10,284 bases of DNA from Gemmatimonadota bacterium (GCA_038128265.1 JAYPJE010000099.1:1-10284); one strand, 5' to 3'; counted from the first letter of the stretch, positions 1 through 7,379 are shown. A program made the numbers and translations. The notes: generated by a model not told the origin, from the letters alone.

Positions 1-51
1 GGGGACACAGGGATTTTCAGTCCCCTGCTCTACCAACTGAGCTAAAGAGCC
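1..51 (-). tRNA. tRNA-Phe(GAA), 5' portion; 3' end lies outside the window
   Basis: Reverse complement reads GGCTCTT-TA-GCTC-AGTTGGTA-GAGC-A-GGGGA-CTGAAAA-TCCCT-GTGTC-CCC: acceptor 5' strand, canonical D arm, and anticodon arm with GAA at 18..16. Confidence 0.96.
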
Positions 52-68
52 ACCCAAGTCGGAGGTTT

Positions 69-97
69 AAATTAGCGCCCTTCCATAATCTTGTCAA
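69..97 (-). promoter_or_regulatory. sigma70-type promoter for tRNA-Phe
   Basis: Minus strand TTGACA (97..92), 17-bp spacer, TAATTT (74..69), ending 17 nt before the mature tRNA 5' end. Confidence 0.75.
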
Positions 98-106
98 GGA
101 TGTGCA

Positions 107-640
107 ATGCCCGTTTCAATCATTCCTTTTGCAATGCCCGCACCGGCGGAAATTCCCGCACATATCATAGATGCTCTGAGGCAAATGCCGCCCGACGAAG
201 CGGCCAGAAAGACAGTGGAACTGCTAATGCAGATCGAGGTGGCCGAGACCATCGTTTACGAGCGCGTCGATAGAGAAGGCGCTATCGCCGTGCGGCACGT
301 CGCTGGGCATCGGTCTGCCGATCTCGAGGCGACCTTGGAAAAGGCGGACGGTTCGTTTGCCTCTGCGGCAGCTGCGCATAACTCGGCGCTGCTGGTCATG
401 GGGCAAGCGGGCGCGGATGAGGAGAGCGCGTTGCCTGCAGGCGTGGTCGGCTTCTTGTTAAACGGAGCCGGCAGTGGCAGTATTGGCTTCAATTACGTGC
501 TGCCACTGGCCAGCGAGCATGGCCAACGTGTGGGCGCGCTGACGCTTATGCGCTCGGCAGGTGAAGGGCCGCTCAATCACGAACAGCCCAATATATGCGA
601 GGCGATGCGCCGCGAACTGAGTGCTATATTGGTGGGCTGA
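107..640 (+). CDS. Stand-alone GAF-like domain protein (start 107 or 134)
   Basis: 177-aa ORF; AAGGA at 96-100 precedes ATG 107. The C-terminal pattern YVLPLASEHGQRVGALTLMR...PLNHEQPNICEAMRRELSAIL resembles the beta-hairpin plus final helix of GAF domains. Followed by a terminator. Confidence 0.65.
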   Translation: MPVSIIPFAMPAPAEIPAHIIDALRQMPPDEAARKTVELLMQIEVAETIVYERVDREGAIAVRHVAGHRSADLEATLEKADGSFASAAAAHNSALLVMGQAGADEESALPAGVVGFLLNGAGSGSIGFNYVLPLASEHGQRVGALTLMRSAGEGPLNHEQPNICEAMRRELSAILVG

Positions 641-660
641 TGTTGGTACTCGTCAGAACG

Positions 661-709
661 AGAAAGAGGCGCCGACCGCACGTGTTCGCGGTGGGCGCCT
701 CTTTCTTTT
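661..709. terminator. Probable bidirectional intrinsic terminator between convergent genes
   Basis: AGAAAGAGGCGCC-g-ACCGC (661-679) pairs with GCGGT-g-GGCGCCTCTTTCT (688-706), with A-rich left and T-rich right ends. Confidence 0.85.
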
Positions 710-723
710 AAGATGAGTGAGGC

Positions 724-993
724 TCAGGCTGCGGCCGGCGCTACCACGCCGTTTTCTATCATCCAGGCCTCGACTTCTTCGCCGCTCACGTCGGCCAGCA
801 TCTGTCCATTGATCTCGACGCAGGGCGAGAGCGGCTGCCCGCTCTTTTGCACCATTTCGGCGTAGATATCAGGGTTGTTGATGATATCTCTGTCCTCGTA
901 TTCGAGCTGGTATTTGGCGAACGTCTCGCGCACGCTATTGCTCCAGCCGCAAACCGGCTTCAGATAGGCTACGATTTTGGGGGCATCAGCCAT
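724..993 (-). CDS. Monothiol (CxxS) glutaredoxin-like protein
   Basis: 89 aa; YLKPVCGWS active-site position, YEDRDI, SGQPLSPCVEING (cis-Pro region of the thioredoxin fold). Shine-Dalgarno AAGGA 7 nt upstream of the ATG. Confidence 0.85.
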   Translation of the reverse strand: MADAPKIVAYLKPVCGWSNSVRETFAKYQLEYEDRDIINNPDIYAEMVQKSGQPLSPCVEINGQMLADVSGEEVEAWMIENGVVAPAAA

Positions 994-1069
994 TTTTCTA
1001 TCCTTTCCCCAACGTGATGAAAGCGTTGCTAAAAGAGCGCGTATTTTTTCTTTTTGACGAATGCTTGGG

Positions 1070-1097
1070 AATATAGATAGACCGGCGTATCTGTCAA
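1070..1097 (-). promoter_or_regulatory. sigma70-type promoter for the glutaredoxin gene
   Basis: Minus strand TTGACA (1097..1092), 16-bp spacer, TATATT (1075..1070). Confidence 0.6.
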
Positions 1098-1125
1098 GCG
1101 GGCAAGCCTTTAGGCGAGTTTCTGT

Positions 1126-1154
1126 TTGACGCGAAGATGCCTTGCCGTTACATT
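1126..1154 (+). promoter_or_regulatory. sigma70-type promoter for murA
   Basis: TTGACG (1126-1131), 17-bp spacer, TACATT (1149-1154). It overlaps the ORF-track start at 1142, which argues for the later start at 1223. Confidence 0.65.
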
Positions 1155-1222
1155 GGGAAAACCCCAGCTGTTCTCAGTGTCGCACCCCCTCTCGCCGTCA
1201 AAAATTACAGTTTAGGACGAAC

Positions 1223-2494
1223 ATGGCTTCTGAAGAAGTGCTCTATGTGGAAGGTGGCCGTGCGCTGCGCGGTGACGTCGTGGTGCAGGGATCGAAAAAT
1301 GCGGCGTTGCCCATGTTGGCCGCTTCGCTTTTGGCCACTGAAGGGCAGACGGTTTTGCATCGGGTGCCGCCGGTGAAGGATGTGCTAGTAGCCATGCAAG
1401 TGCTGCGCCAACTGGGGGCCAAAGTGGAGTATGACGCGCAGAGCGAAGTGGCAGTTATCGATGCGACGGGGACGATATCGCATCGCCTGCCGGAAGACCT
1501 GTCGGTGCGTTTCCGCGCTTCGGTGCTTTTTGTCGGACCGCTGCTAAGCCGCTTCCGCCGCGCGTGGATACGGGAAGTGGGAGGATGCACCATCGGTTCG
1601 CGTCCGACCGACTACCACTATCGCGGTTTTGCGCGTTTGGGGGCACAGGTTAAGGGCATTCGCGGCGGTGGGTTTGACGTGGTGGCCGAAGAGCTGGTCG
1701 GTGCCTATATGTACTGCGATTTGCCCAGCCATACCGGCGTGGAAAACCTGGTGATGGCTGCTTCGCTGGCCAAGGGTGAGTCGATTATAGAAAATGCCGC
1801 TTCCGATCCGGAGATCGTCGACTTTGTTGAGTTGCTCAAGAAAATGGGCGCCGATGTCGAAGGTGCGGGTACGCGGTCGGTGCGCATACGCGGCGTGCAG
1901 AAGCTGCGCGGTGCCGAACACGAGGTCATGTACGATCGCCTCGATGCCGGCATGCTGATGATGGCTGGGGCGATTACGGGTGGTGATATACGATTGAAGG
2001 GCGTCGAGCTGGACCACTTGGGCATCTTTGCCGCCAAGCTGCAGCAGATGGGCGTGCACGCCGAGGCAGACGGAGACTGGGTGCATGTGAAGGGGCCGCA
2101 GGCGCTGTCGCCAATTAACGTCGTCACCACGTTCTACCCCGGCTTTCCCACCGATTTACAGCCGTGCATTATGGCGCTGGCCTGCGTAGCGCACGGCGAT
2201 AGCTACGTGCGCGAAACGGTTTTTGAGAACCGCCTTGGACACGTTAAGAACCTGCGCGCCTTTGGTGCTAAGCTGTCGCCGGAAAAGGATAACCTGGTTA
2301 TCGCACACGGTCCGGCGCGCCTGCAGGGCGCAACGGTGCGCGCACTCGATATACGCGCCGGTGCCGCCTGCGTGTTGGCTGGTCTGGCCGCCGAGGGGCG
2401 CACGAGCATTCACAATCTGTATCAGCTAGACCGCGGTCACGCCCATCTCGAAGAGCGCCTGCGTGGTTTGGGAGCCGATTTAGAGCGGCTCTAG
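1223..2494 (+). CDS. murA: UDP-N-acetylglucosamine 1-carboxyvinyltransferase (MurA family)
   Basis: GSKNAALP, RASVLFVGPLL, GGCTIGSRP (active-site Cys loop), YPGFPTDLQ, ETVFENR, DIRAGAA. AGGA at 1214-1217 precedes ATG 1223; 423 aa. Confidence 0.93.
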   Translation: MASEEVLYVEGGRALRGDVVVQGSKNAALPMLAASLLATEGQTVLHRVPPVKDVLVAMQVLRQLGAKVEYDAQSEVAVIDATGTISHRLPEDLSVRFRASVLFVGPLLSRFRRAWIREVGGCTIGSRPTDYHYRGFARLGAQVKGIRGGGFDVVAEELVGAYMYCDLPSHTGVENLVMAASLAKGESIIENAASDPEIVDFVELLKKMGADVEGAGTRSVRIRGVQKLRGAEHEVMYDRLDAGMLMMAGAITGGDIRLKGVELDHLGIFAAKLQQMGVHAEADGDWVHVKGPQALSPINVVTTFYPGFPTDLQPCIMALACVAHGDSYVRETVFENRLGHVKNLRAFGAKLSPEKDNLVIAHGPARLQGATVRALDIRAGAACVLAGLAAEGRTSIHNLYQLDRGHAHLEERLRGLGADLERL

Positions 2495-2702
2495 CTGCAT
2501 TGGCCGTCTTGACTGCTCTTTCTCGCGCATACATCTTTGCCCCAGAAAAATGCGGATAAAACGCTCTTGCTGTGCGTTAAACGCCATAGTACTGCCCGTT
2601 TGGCGTTTGATGGCACTGGGCGATATCTATTCGATATGGCGAAAATGGATTCTTTCACAATGAGATACCGCTGCGCAGTGGCTCGAGTTGGATTGGCACA
2701 TA

Positions 2703-3041
2703 ATGTCTGAGCGGACCTTGTCTTCCTGTCAGCGCGAAGTCGACGAGTGGATTCGCACGGTTGGGGTGCGCTACTTTTCCGAGCTGACCAATACGGCGGT
2801 GCTGATGGAAGAAGTGGGCGAGTTGGCGCGCCTAATGGCCCGCACGTACGGCGAGCAGAGTTTTAAGGAAGGCGAAGAGCGCGACCTGGGCATGGAAATG
2901 GCCGATGTGCTCTTTGTGCTGATTTGCTTGGCCAATCAGACGGGCGTCGATTTGGAAGAGGCCTTCGCCCGGGCGATGGAAAAAAAGACGCGGCGCGACC
3001 GCGAACGCCACGCCAACAACCCCAAGCTGCAAAGCGAATGA
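2703..3041 (+). CDS. MazG-like nucleotide pyrophosphohydrolase (single-domain, YpjD-like)
   Basis: EEVGELAR...EMADVLFVLICLANQTGVDLEEAF matches the EExxE...ExxD metal-binding helices of all-alpha NTP pyrophosphatases; 112 aa from ATG 2703. Confidence 0.9.
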   Translation: MSERTLSSCQREVDEWIRTVGVRYFSELTNTAVLMEEVGELARLMARTYGEQSFKEGEERDLGMEMADVLFVLICLANQTGVDLEEAFARAMEKKTRRDRERHANNPKLQSE

Positions 3042-4366
3042 GGAGGGGCTGCCTGTGGTTGGCGCTCTGTGCATTGGCGCTGGGTGTGACGTCCTGTAGT
3101 GCCGTCAATCCCACGGCTAGCCTCGATTACGTTCCGAGCCGTTTGCCCATTGGACCGGTGCTCGTTGGCACGTGGTTGCCGGCGGGTATGAATAGCTTTC
3201 GCTTTAGCGCGGAAGATCGGGCGCTGCTGGAAGAAGTAGGTATCAACTCCCTGCAGTGGCTGCAGCGCCACGAAGACGAATTTGGCACGGCCGAAGCACA
3301 GCTGATGCGCTTTGCCTCGGAGCGCGGCTGGCACATGCCAGCCTATTATGAGCCGGCCGACCTAACTCCATACGACAAGCTGCACAACTGGGCTACGCGC
3401 GCTGAGGAGATAAACGTGGATTCGCTGCGCTTGGTCGTCGATGGCGTGCGCCAGCAGTGGGCGTTGGCTCCTGCGTTTGCCGGATACCTCGTAGGACACG
3501 AGGACTATAATGGAGCTTACTATCCGGCGCTAGCTACAGTAGTGCAGGTGCTGGGCGAGAGCGATCCGCGGCGCCCGGTATACAGCGTGGGGCGGCTGCG
3601 CGACTACCAAGATGCGCGCGCCTTTTTCGATGCGCTGTTTGATGCGGGTGCGCCGGGCAATGTGTTCCAGCAGGAGCACTACGTATTTCGCGGTCAGGTG
3701 CCCGAAGAGGGGCGTGGATTCCAGCGGCGCATAGCCGATTTGGTCGATGGCTACGACGAGGTTGTGCGCGGTCTGGAGGGCCGCGCTGGGCGCTGGCACG
3801 CCATCGTGCAGGTGCAGAGCGAAGTGCGCGGCGGCAAGGTCTACTATCGCAAGCCAACGGCGGCCGAAATACGCCTGCAGGTGGGGTTGGCCCTTTCGCG
3901 CGGAGCATCGGGCATCGTCTACTTTCTCTATAGTTCAGGTGTGGAAGAGCTGCGCGATGCGCAGGGCAATCTCGTTGAGACGCGCCTCTACGAAGGGCTG
4001 GTCGACCTGGACGGACTGCCGACGCCCAGCTATGCGGCCGTGCAGCGGCTCAACGGCGATCTGCATGATCTGAGTCGTGCGCTGGAGGCGCTGCATTTTC
4101 ACGGGGCGCTGTCCTCGCGCTTTCTCCTGCAGAACGAATGGGTGAAAGGCCTTGACGGCGATGCGGAAGTTGGACTTTTTGGCGATGGTCAACAGGTTAG
4201 TCACTTGCTGCTCGTCAATCGCTGGGGGCATGCCGCCCAGCGCGTGCGCCTGCAGCTGGGTGCGCACTGGACGGTAGACGGGACAGAGGGACGCGTTGAG
4301 CTTGAACTGGCGGCAGGCGATTTTCGCCTGCTGCGCATTGAGCAAAGGAGCACTGGTAATGGGTAA
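3038..4366 (+). CDS. Predicted lipoprotein with a glycoside-hydrolase-like (beta/alpha)8 domain
   Basis: ATG 3038 overlaps the upstream stop (ATGA). Signal peptide MRRGCLWLALCALALGVTS-C20 with lipobox. Barrel-like motifs FAGYLVGHED, QQEHY, WHAIVQ, PTAAEIRLQVGLALSRGASGIVYF, GLVDLDGLPTPSY, then a beta-rich C-terminus; 442 aa. Confidence 0.7.
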   Translation: MRRGCLWLALCALALGVTSCSAVNPTASLDYVPSRLPIGPVLVGTWLPAGMNSFRFSAEDRALLEEVGINSLQWLQRHEDEFGTAEAQLMRFASERGWHMPAYYEPADLTPYDKLHNWATRAEEINVDSLRLVVDGVRQQWALAPAFAGYLVGHEDYNGAYYPALATVVQVLGESDPRRPVYSVGRLRDYQDARAFFDALFDAGAPGNVFQQEHYVFRGQVPEEGRGFQRRIADLVDGYDEVVRGLEGRAGRWHAIVQVQSEVRGGKVYYRKPTAAEIRLQVGLALSRGASGIVYFLYSSGVEELRDAQGNLVETRLYEGLVDLDGLPTPSYAAVQRLNGDLHDLSRALEALHFHGALSSRFLLQNEWVKGLDGDAEVGLFGDGQQVSHLLLVNRWGHAAQRVRLQLGAHWTVDGTEGRVELELAAGDFRLLRIEQRSTGNG

Positions 4367-5117
4367 GTTAGAGGGCAAAGTGGCGCTAGTAACGGGAGGC
4401 AATCGCGGCATTGGTAAGGCCATCGCCCGCGCGCTGGCAGGGGAAGGCGCCGCACTGGCGCTGGCCGCGCGCAGCGCCGATACGCTTGAACAGGCTGCCG
4501 CGGAAATTGCCGCAGAGTTTGGCGTCGAGGTATTGGCGGTGCCAACGGATGTCTCATGCGATGAACAGGTACGGGCCCTGTTTGCGCGCGCGCGTGAGAA
4601 ATACGCACGCCTGGATATTCTCATCAACAACGCCGGTGCCTTTGACGGTGGCCCGATCGAGGACATTAGCCTAGAGGCGTGGAACAACGTCGTCGGAGCC
4701 TGCCTGACGGGGCCCTTTCTATGCACGCGTGAGGCCTTTCGCATCATGAAGCCGCAGGGCGGCGGGCGGATTATCAATATCGGCAGCATCTCGGCGCAGA
4801 TGCCGCGCATGTATTCCGTGCCCTATACGGCGACCAAGCACGGAGTTTGGGGGCTGACTAAAGCCGCTGCCCTAGAGGGACGCGAGCACGGCATCGTCGT
4901 TTCGGCCCTGCATCCGGGCAACGTGCGCGTCGAGCGACGCATCAACGAGGGCAGCAATACGGCCGGCAGCGGCATGGTCTCGGACGGCGGCGAGCCGATG
5001 ATGACGATGGAGGAAATTGCCGACGCCTGCCTGCACATGGCGGCGCTGCCGCCGCACGTCAACTTTCTCGAGGCGATTGTCCTGCCCACCGAGCAGCACT
5101 ACCTGGGGCGCGGCTAG
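4359..5117 (+). CDS. Classical short-chain dehydrogenase/reductase (SDR)
   Basis: TGGNRGIG Rossmann motif, NNAG, catalytic S...YTATK. AAGGAG at 4345-4350 precedes ATG 4359, which overlaps the upstream gene by 8 nt; 252 aa. Confidence 0.93.
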   Translation: MGKLEGKVALVTGGNRGIGKAIARALAGEGAALALAARSADTLEQAAAEIAAEFGVEVLAVPTDVSCDEQVRALFARAREKYARLDILINNAGAFDGGPIEDISLEAWNNVVGACLTGPFLCTREAFRIMKPQGGGRIINIGSISAQMPRMYSVPYTATKHGVWGLTKAAALEGREHGIVVSALHPGNVRVERRINEGSNTAGSGMVSDGGEPMMTMEEIADACLHMAALPPHVNFLEAIVLPTEQHYLGRG

Positions 5118-5165
5118 CGCGCCCGCACACAGGGGCGCTGTCCAAAGTGAGGGCGCAGAAACGAG

Positions 5166-5197
5166 TCCCGCTGGTCTATATGGCCGGCGGGATTTTT
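5166..5197 (+). terminator. Intrinsic terminator after the SDR gene
   Basis: TCCCGCTGGTC-tatat-GGCCGGCGGGA 11-bp stem (two G.U pairs) followed by TTTTT. Confidence 0.85.
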
Positions 5198-5233
5198 GTA
5201 TAGCAGCACATAAAATTAGCCATATTACGTGGT

Positions 5234-7276
5234 ATGAGCGTTGAGCCAGATATAGAGACGACGAGCAACGACGAGCGACCCAACAGCGGTCTGCGCGAAG
5301 GGTCTATATCGCACGCCGAGGTCAATGCCGCGCTGCGCGCCCACGAAAAGACCGTCGTCTTTGGTCAGCAAAACCGCCTGCGCGCCGGCATGCTGATGGC
5401 CGACGACAAGCTGCCGCGCTACCACGCTGGCCATGACGTGGTAAAGTTTTTTTACGGCGCCATTCGCCAGCTGCCCGAGTCCTACGTAGACGCACTGCTC
5501 CACTGGGGCGTTAGCGTGACGATGGTCAAAAGTCCGCACTTGCTGGCTTTTCACCACTGTCGCGCCCACCAGGCCTTTCACGTGGGGTATACGCGCAAGA
5601 CCGTCTACATGCCGGAAATGGTCCTTACGGAAGCGTATAACAAGGGCTACGACTACTGGGCGATAAGCGAGACGCTGATAGCAGAGACGACGCCGCTGAT
5701 GGACTACCTGATGCTGCTGGAATTCGTCCAACGCGCGCGTCTACGCCTCCACTCGCACTATACGTTGGGCCACCATTTTGTGCGCAGCACTATGGAAGAG
5801 CTCAACAAACATCTGCTGCATACAGAGGATCCCGAGTGCGAATTCAATCTGTTCTATAACACGTACGAGGAACACCTCTACTCGGTTCAGAGAGAAGACG
5901 CGCGCGATCCCTATGCGTGGGTAGACGAAATTTTTGACGAGGAAGTCGAGCGCAAATGGGCACGCCTAAAGCTCTTTTCTATTCGGGTCGACTTAGGATA
6001 TCCGCGCTACTACGACATTGACCGCGATATTGTCCATCCGGCGGCTTTTGCTGCGGCCGAGCGGTTGGGCCAGTCAGTCAAACCGGAGAGCGTGGCCGAT
6101 CTTCAGCACGACCTGCAGGACGTAGCGCGCTTTGGGATCAGTGCGCAGATCAAGGGCGACGCGCTGATGGACCAGCTCCTTGAGCGCGGTGCGCCGGGCA
6201 TTAGGGGGTTTGTCGAGTTGGGATGGACCGAGGGCGAGTACTGGGGAGGGGGCTACTATCCCGCGATGGCGTTTAAAGACAAGCTGCTGCGCTATTCGAG
6301 CGGGCCGGATGAGCCGAAATATGGTTGTATTGCGCTGGATTTCCGCCAGCTGCTGCATTTAGACCAGCTCGACGATCTGCAAGGGCTTTTTGCCAATCGC
6401 CATCGCCTGTCTTTTCGCAAGATGAAATCTGCCGTATTTGGCCTACTCAAGCTGGCTGGCAGCGATGTTATACAGCTGGTCATCGAACGCGATGCGCTGC
6501 TGGAATATTCGCAGGACGACGACGAGCTCATGGTTGGGTTGATGGAAATCCTTTGGGATCACTATCTGCGCTTCGAAAGAGATACGCCAGCATTTGCCAA
6601 CTTTCTGCTGGGGGAAATCGTGCGTAAGCTCGACCGCCATCCGCTGTATCACGACGTGTTTTTGCCGCAGTACGCGCAGCTAAGCGGCGGTCAGACACTC
6701 GTTGTGCGCGAGGATGCACGCGAGATTATTGACGATTTAGCCGCGCGCGTGCCGGATAGCCCATCGCGTTTTTCCTACGACCCCCAGCGCGTGCGCGCGC
6801 GCTGGCACGTCTTTGTCGACCGCAGAAAAGTGGACGGAGGCAATCCAGACTTGCTCAACCTATTGGCTGGAGTGCTGATCCGCTTGGATCGGCTGGATAC
6901 CTATGGAGAATTGGTCAAGCTCGTCGGCCAGCTAGGAGAGCGAGGGGCTGCAGCCTGTCGCGAAGTCGTCGAGAGCATAGATCCCAAGGACGCGCAGCGC
7001 CAGGCGATTTATCGCGCTGCGTTAGACGTGTTGCAGGGGGGAACGGATGAGGGTGCGCAAGACTCGGCGCCGTCCGTACATCGCCCGTCGCTGTTGGCGA
7101 GCTTCTATGCGGTGATAGGCCGTCCCAAACCGGATGATCGCAATCAACCGCTCATTGGTTATATGCGTGATGAAGGGCTGAACAAGGAGCAGATACTGCA
7201 CATGCTAGGGATGCGCGGAGACCACGTGCTGGCAGCGCATCGCGCTATCATACAGCTGCTATTCTCTGCGCAATAG
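5234..7276 (+). CDS. Hypothetical protein, 680 aa (His-rich N-terminal domain, largely helical remainder)
   Basis: Long uninterrupted ORF filling the space between a terminator and the next spacer, with protein-like composition. No signal peptide or clear transmembrane segment; family not recognised. Confidence 0.88.
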   Translation: MSVEPDIETTSNDERPNSGLREGSISHAEVNAALRAHEKTVVFGQQNRLRAGMLMADDKLPRYHAGHDVVKFFYGAIRQLPESYVDALLHWGVSVTMVKSPHLLAFHHCRAHQAFHVGYTRKTVYMPEMVLTEAYNKGYDYWAISETLIAETTPLMDYLMLLEFVQRARLRLHSHYTLGHHFVRSTMEELNKHLLHTEDPECEFNLFYNTYEEHLYSVQREDARDPYAWVDEIFDEEVERKWARLKLFSIRVDLGYPRYYDIDRDIVHPAAFAAAERLGQSVKPESVADLQHDLQDVARFGISAQIKGDALMDQLLERGAPGIRGFVELGWTEGEYWGGGYYPAMAFKDKLLRYSSGPDEPKYGCIALDFRQLLHLDQLDDLQGLFANRHRLSFRKMKSAVFGLLKLAGSDVIQLVIERDALLEYSQDDDELMVGLMEILWDHYLRFERDTPAFANFLLGEIVRKLDRHPLYHDVFLPQYAQLSGGQTLVVREDAREIIDDLAARVPDSPSRFSYDPQRVRARWHVFVDRRKVDGGNPDLLNLLAGVLIRLDRLDTYGELVKLVGQLGERGAAACREVVESIDPKDAQRQAIYRAALDVLQGGTDEGAQDSAPSVHRPSLLASFYAVIGRPKPDDRNQPLIGYMRDEGLNKEQILHMLGMRGDHVLAAHRAIIQLLFSAQ

Positions 7277-7279
7277 GCA

Positions 7280-7373
7280 GATATTACAACGTGGACTGCG
7301 GTTGCAAGGAGTAGTATGGAGCGCGCCGGATCGATTGCTCGATGCCAGCGCGCCCCACGGGAGGGTAATGCGC
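7280..7373 (-). ncRNA. Candidate small structured RNA (ends approximate)
   Basis: 19-bp hairpin 7316-7358 with a GCAA tetraloop and G.U pairs only on the minus strand, second hairpin 7284-7307, and an upstream promoter with no credible minus-strand CDS to serve. Confidence 0.5.
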
Positions 7374-7379
7374 AACCCG

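Noticed and set aside
1..640. tRNA-associated integrated element
   Set aside because: The window lies on the 5' side of the tRNA; no integrase, att repeat or obvious compositional shift.
1142..1222. N-terminal extension of MurA in the ORF track
   Set aside because: It overlaps the predicted -10 box; MurA similarity and the SD begin at ATG 1223.
2924..3037. Longer start for the lipoprotein ORF
   Set aside because: It lies inside the MazG-like gene; the signal peptide and ATGA coupling place the start at 3038.
3935..4810. 291-aa minus-strand ORF, and similar antisense ORFs such as 1544-2086, 5225-5731 and 7404-7925
   Set aside because: Shadow frames opposite well-supported genes, expected in GC-rich DNA; no motifs or RBS.
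5117..5156. Short GCGCCC/GGGCGC repeats after the SDR stop
   Set aside because: Six-base GC matches are expected by chance; the real terminator is at 5166-5197.
7316..7358. Hairpin as SRP RNA, or as the terminator of the 680-aa gene
   Set aside because: It lacks the SRP helix-8 CAGG...GGAA...AGCAG signature; it has no plus-strand U tract and its pairing favours the minus strand.
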